DNA of 11,893 nucleotides from Candidatus Thorarchaeota archaeon SMTZ1-45 (GTDB taxonomy: Archaea; Asgardarchaeota; Thorarchaeia; Thorarchaeales; Thorarchaeaceae): positions 1-11,893 of the forward strand of contig LRSL01000100.1 of NCBI GenBank assembly GCA_001563335.1, read 5' to 3'. Shown here one piece after another: positions 8,517 to 11,893 of this stretch. The translations under genes were made by a program, and so were the position numbers. Numbering within the stretch: position 1 is the first letter of the stretch; every line of letters starts with the position of its first letter. The notes beneath the pieces were generated by a model. It had not been told where the DNA came from and did not search any database. It worked only from the letters and a program-made list of their open reading frames with translations.

Positions 8517-8975
8517 TCAAATCTCCATTCGCCATATTCTGATACTCTCAAACCAACTTGTTATCGCTCCGAACCCCAGAACAGAAAGAAGGAGTAGCGA
8601 AATTGGCCCTGTTGTCAGTGGTAGAAATAACAAATTACATGGAATCAGTGTGGTGTAGAATACAGCGTAGAAAAGGTAGCGGGGTAGTAATAATCTTCCA
8701 GAACCCACAAAGAACCTGAGCACACCAACCTTTACATCTCTCTCAAGGTAATATGATCCATACTTATCCGTTCTGACGAGACCTAGATTTACGAGCTTAT
8801 TCAGGTGATATGTTGCGAGGCTCGGACTCGAAAGATTTGCGCCCCTCTGAATATTGCGCAGACTCGTTTCTTCAGGGTTTCTTAATAGATACCAATAGGC
8901 TCTCAGTGTTTTACCCTTAAGCTCCGACGCTATCTTTTCAATTCCTAAGTCGAAGTCATGTGAGGTCTCATCCAT
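8517..8975 (-). CDS. Membrane-anchored winged-HTH transcription regulator (N-terminal ArsR-like wHTH plus 2 C-terminal TM helices)
   Basis: LRAYWYLL...SLRNIQRGANLSSPSLATYHLNKLVNLGLV...YGSYYL is a wHTH with wing, followed by two hydrophobic segments. ATG 8975 has GGAG 7 nt upstream (ORF track start is 8993). Confidence 0.85.
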   Translation of the reverse strand: MDETSHDFDLGIEKIASELKGKTLRAYWYLLRNPEETSLRNIQRGANLSSPSLATYHLNKLVNLGLVRTDKYGSYYLERDVKVGVLRFFVGSGRLLLPRYLFYAVFYTTLIPCNLLFLPLTTGPISLLLLSVLGFGAITSWFESIRIWRMEI

Positions 8976-9128
8976 CTTTCTTCTCCACTCCAAAGCACAC
9001 TGTTGGGTGAATGAGCACGCGAAACTCCAAACAAAATTGGAATGAGCTGTCGAACCATTGTCCCATTATACGCTATTAGGTCTAACTTTTGAAAGTTAAT
9101 CTGAATTGCACAATAGGTCGAATTCTCT

Positions 9129-9362
9129 TTCGTCTTCCGCAGGGAGATTGCCAAGGCTAAAGACAAAGCGAAGAAGTGGGCTCAGCATTTGAAGGAGTAT
9201 CGTGATAAGTTTGCCAACCCATATGTTGCGGCTAGATTGGGATATGTGGATAAAGTGATATTCCCAAGAGAAACAAGATTATTGATGTGTAAGAGTTTAG
9301 ACGTGTTGGAGAGTAAGCGACAAAATAGTCCACCAAAGATGCATGGGAACAACCCTCTTTAA
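9129..9362 (+). pseudogene. pccB: Orphan 3' fragment of pccB (residues about 439-515), copy 3
   Basis: Not in the ORF track. Hand translation [77 protein letters not shown] is colinear with 4688-4921, with 17 differences in 77 aa. Eroded similarity may extend to about 9101 (CTGAATTGCA versus CTGAGATTGCT). Confidence 0.92.
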
Positions 9363-9482
9363 AGTCCAATATGAGTGGTTGCTCAATCATTCATCAATGA
9401 CGATGATCTGTTCATCTCCTCTTAAATTGCTATCAATGAATGCATCTCTCTCAGGTCTGTTTATGAAATAAAAAATCGATAT

Positions 9483-9680
9483 TTAAAATACAGGCCAGAT
9501 GGCTAAGAGGAATATTGTTATTACAAAACCACTTTCAATCATATAATGCTGCCACCAAGATCCTATGCCTATTTCAAGGATTAAAGGCACCAAAATCATA
9601 GCAGCAACGAAAGTACAGCAAATCGCGAAATGTTTCTTGATTTCTCTGTCGGATTTGAATCTAAGACTTTCTATAGCCAA
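9483..9680 (-). CDS. Small membrane protein (65 aa, 2 TM)
   Basis: TTG start with AGGAGTGA at 9692-9685; basic N-terminus followed by two hydrophobic segments. Confidence 0.65.
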   Translation of the reverse strand: MAIESLRFKSDREIKKHFAICCTFVAAMILVPLILEIGIGSWWQHYMIESGFVITIFLLAIWPVF

Positions 9681-9795
9681 AATATCACTCCTGTTATTTA
9701 AAACGCATATTTGGATAAATCCTTTTCCTATTCATAGGAAACTGCAAGCTTTTACTTGTCAAGTATCTAGCTATCTGCTTTGTCAGTTCTCAGAG

Positions 9796-10740
9796 TTATG
9801 TAACTAGTTTATACCAAAGATGTCTATATCGTTCGTGAAACCTATTCTTCGTATACAAACCAATTGCAGCTTGATTGTTATTCTGAACAACAAGCTCAGC
9901 TATTCTATAGCCAATATGGAAAGCTCGGTTCAAAATCTCAACAAGTAATGCTTGCCCATATCCTCTCTGTCTATATTTCGGCAGAATTCCTACACCCTGA
10001 ATCTGGAGAATTCTGGTCCTACAGTCGTCGGTTACATGACTGGCTGACCAACCTGATCCTATTCCAATAGCTTTCCCATTGATTTCACACAAAACCAATA
10101 ATCTCGGATCGAAGTTGACATGTTTGATTTGAGTTCTCAATGACTTGATTGTGGTTATACCAGAATCCGCACCATCTTTGTAAATCTCATTATGAAGAAC
10201 TAACCAAGTTTTTAGTTCCCTCATTGGATTCAATAATCTAAATTTCAGTTCTTGCGGAAGCACTTCTGATTCTATTGGCTTATCAATATCCAATCTCATC
10301 TTTATCCAAGAGTATTCATATTTGAATTTATGAAATTCAGCAAATGATATTGCATCCGTGCGAAAACTCGGTATCCGACATTCAAAAACAGTTGATCCCC
10401 TTTTCTTCCCAGTTTCTAAAAGGTGATCTAGAACCATTGACCCAATCCCTCTATTTCGAAAATCTGGATGCACTTGGACCATTATCCGCGAACTGGGTGG
10501 TGATGTCTTTTGAGAAAATATTGTACCAGCTGCCACTAGAGTCCCATCAGAGTTTTGTATTAATACAATGTCACGACCGACTTCGACGCTTGGTGATGAG
10601 AAAGATGAGCGAAAATATTCTCCAGAAAGTTCGATATGGTCTGGATTATCAAATGAATCGATTGCGTTGTATAATGCAGCATAATCTTCGAACATACTGT
10701 CATTTCCATGTTCCAGGAGGTATGTGTTCGAAGATCTCAT
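9796..10740 (-). CDS. Tandem-domain GNAT N-acetyltransferase (MshD-like architecture)
   Basis: Two acetyl-CoA motif A copies (VHPDFRNRGIG, ILPKYRQRGYG) and a C-terminal motif B (NNQAAIGLY). GGAGG RBS lies in the last codons of the upstream gene; 4-nt gap. Confidence 0.9.
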   Translation of the reverse strand: MRSSNTYLLEHGNDSMFEDYAALYNAIDSFDNPDHIELSGEYFRSSFSSPSVEVGRDIVLIQNSDGTLVAAGTIFSQKTSPPSSRIMVQVHPDFRNRGIGSMVLDHLLETGKKRGSTVFECRIPSFRTDAISFAEFHKFKYEYSWIKMRLDIDKPIESEVLPQELKFRLLNPMRELKTWLVLHNEIYKDGADSGITTIKSLRTQIKHVNFDPRLLVLCEINGKAIGIGSGWSASHVTDDCRTRILQIQGVGILPKYRQRGYGQALLVEILNRAFHIGYRIAELVVQNNNQAAIGLYTKNRFHERYRHLWYKLVT

Positions 10741-10744
10741 CTTT

Positions 10745-11431
10745 TCATCCTCCTATCTGAATGTTGTCTGCCACAGGCAGTGTATAGGAACTCCAAAGAC
10801 GTCTTTTTCTAATCTGTTTATGATGAAGTACAGCTCGACCAAGCTCAGTTATGCTAACATTCTTGCAGCGGGAAATTCGTAATCTTGTTACATAACCAGC
10901 TAGCTCTAAGTTTCGGAGATGTCGAGATAATCCCGACTGTTGAATTCCTGTTTCTTCGGCCACCTCCTTTTGATGTACGGGTTTCTCACAACTGTCAAGA
11001 TAGCAGAGTATTTCCCGTTTCTGAAAAGAGAGGTTGACAAGTTCAGATGGCCAGATTTCAGATATGTTGCTCAATTCATTACCTTGAACACAAATTATGG
11101 AAGCTTTTACAATTGCGGCGCAGATGCATGCTGCTAGATTCATAATACAATCATTGGTAGTAACACTAACCTCGATGTCATATTGGTCAAGTTTGTGAGA
11201 ATCCAATGCATTCAGAGATGAAGAAAGAATATTGATGAAATCATTCTGTACCACTCTGACAGGCATAACGATGAGTCCCAAATCTGAATATTTGTCAATG
11301 AACTGATTCACATCGTTCTCCTGTTCCCAAGTATGGACTATGATTAGCTCATCGATGCACCTTCTTACTGCTAAGTATTCGATATTTCTCGTATTTCCAA
11401 AAAAAGCGATATGGATCTTTGGTTTTGCCAT
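10745..11431 (-). CDS. Transcription regulator: N-terminal CARF-like Rossmann domain (Csa3/DUF6293-like) plus C-terminal winged HTH
   Basis: C-terminal KREILCYL...HQKEVAEETGIQQSGLSRHLRNLELAGYV...VSITELGR is a clear wHTH. The N-terminal pattern KIHIAFFG / DELIIVH / NDFINIL / IEVSVT-x4-MNLAA..AA / IICV resembles CARF/DUF6293 by eye (less certain than the HTH). Confidence 0.8.
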   Translation of the reverse strand: MAKPKIHIAFFGNTRNIEYLAVRRCIDELIIVHTWEQENDVNQFIDKYSDLGLIVMPVRVVQNDFINILSSSLNALDSHKLDQYDIEVSVTTNDCIMNLAACICAAIVKASIICVQGNELSNISEIWPSELVNLSFQKREILCYLDSCEKPVHQKEVAEETGIQQSGLSRHLRNLELAGYVTRLRISRCKNVSITELGRAVLHHKQIRKRRLWSSYTLPVADNIQIGG

Positions 11432-11479
11432 GGCGTATTAACCCCGATGAATGTACTGACTTCATGTTTTGGTAGTCTG

Positions 11480-11620
11480 TGCAATCAGAACACCGCTTGT
11501 GGGGGGTCGATTGCAGCTAATTATGGGTGGGGTCTGAAGAATCTCCAGACCCCAGGGACCCCCACCGCCTCATGCGTGTTTTTCGTTACAATCTTCCCCC
11601 TGTTAAGGTCCTTCGGTCCC
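11480..11620 (-). ncRNA. Candidate structured 5' leader / cis-regulatory RNA (family not recognised)
   Basis: GC-rich island in AT-rich intergenic DNA with three nested stems. The single non-Watson-Crick pair of the inner hairpin is G-U on the minus strand and A-C on the plus strand. It sits between a TATA box and ATG 11431. Confidence 0.55.
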
Positions 11621-11640
11621 GAGAGATAGTTGAATTCTTA

Positions 11641-11648
11641 GTATATAA
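11641..11648 (-). promoter_or_regulatory. Putative archaeal TATA box (TTATATAC)
   Basis: Minus strand reads CGATAGC-TTATATAC. Typical spacing would place the start near 11620-11617, at the GGGACC that opens the structured region. Confidence 0.55.
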
Positions 11649-11786
11649 GCTATCGACAGAATGAAGAAAATTGGACTTTTACTTGAAAAAAGGACACTCT
11701 CTTGTGAGAGCTGATAGAAATCTAGTAGCAAATATCAATGTTTTTTGTTTTTTAGAAAAACCATGTTACTAGTATCAAAGATTCAT

Positions 11787-11893
11787 TCAGTAACGAGGTT
11801 TCATAGATTGGGCAAACTCAGATTCTGAATCTATTGTTTCAGAAACCATATTTTCACACTCTTCTTTTAATACTCTCAACCAGACCTCTACAT
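11787..11893 (-). CDS. Possible 3' end of a gene entering from beyond the window
   Basis: Frame is open from the window edge: VEVWLRVLKEECENMVSETIDSESEFAQSMKPRY then TGA at 11789-11787. Too short to identify. Confidence 0.4.
   Translation of the reverse strand, partial: VEVWLRVLKEECENMVSETIDSESEFAQSMKPRY

Noticed and set aside
4400-9362. pccB repeats as a diversity-generating retroelement template/variable pair
   Set aside because: Differences affect all four bases and are mostly synonymous third positions rather than adenine-specific; no reverse transcriptase is present.
4400-9362. Repeats as a simple assembly duplication
   Set aside because: The copies differ at most synonymous sites and carry their own decay-type substitutions, which exact-repeat misassembly would not produce. 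Junction read support is still worth checking.
11480-11620. Leader as tRNA, SRP RNA, or TPP, cobalamin, SAM or FMN riboswitch
   Set aside because: The diagnostic conserved blocks of those families were not found by eye (only fragments such as GGGAA). An Rfam search is needed to be certain.
11411-11629. 72-aa plus-strand ORF over the GC-rich leader
   Set aside because: It overlaps the regulator's start on the opposite strand, and the base composition is better explained by RNA stems.
1-11893. CRISPR array, IS element, integrase, rRNA or tRNA genes
   Set aside because: No regularly spaced repeats, transposase/recombinase motifs or cloverleaf/rRNA signatures were seen.

Overview
Archaeal-looking chromosomal window (GGTGA/GGAGG ribosome-binding sites, a TTATATA box, archaeal-type regulators). 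An Asgard/Thorarchaeia-like host is my impression, not a demonstrated result. Left part: a ThDP-dependent acetolactate-synthase-like enzyme directly coupled to a Zn-dependent MDR dehydrogenase that runs off the window, plus two small hypothetical genes. Centre: an intact acyl-CoA carboxylase carboxyltransferase gene (pccB-like, 3374-4921) followed by two orphan, same-strand copies of its own 3' end (6785-7306 and about 9129-9362). The copies are heavily diverged at synonymous sites and separate blocks of opposite-strand cargo genes: a catalase; then a PepSY-like surface protein and a membrane-anchored wHTH regulator; then a small membrane protein, a tandem GNAT and a CARF-like/wHTH regulator. 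This looks like serial gene capture at the pccB 3' end with no integrase in view. Right end: a GC-rich leader of about 190 nt with nested stems and mutually exclusive pairings lies between a TATA box and the CARF-wHTH/GNAT operon, a candidate undescribed cis-regulatory RNA.
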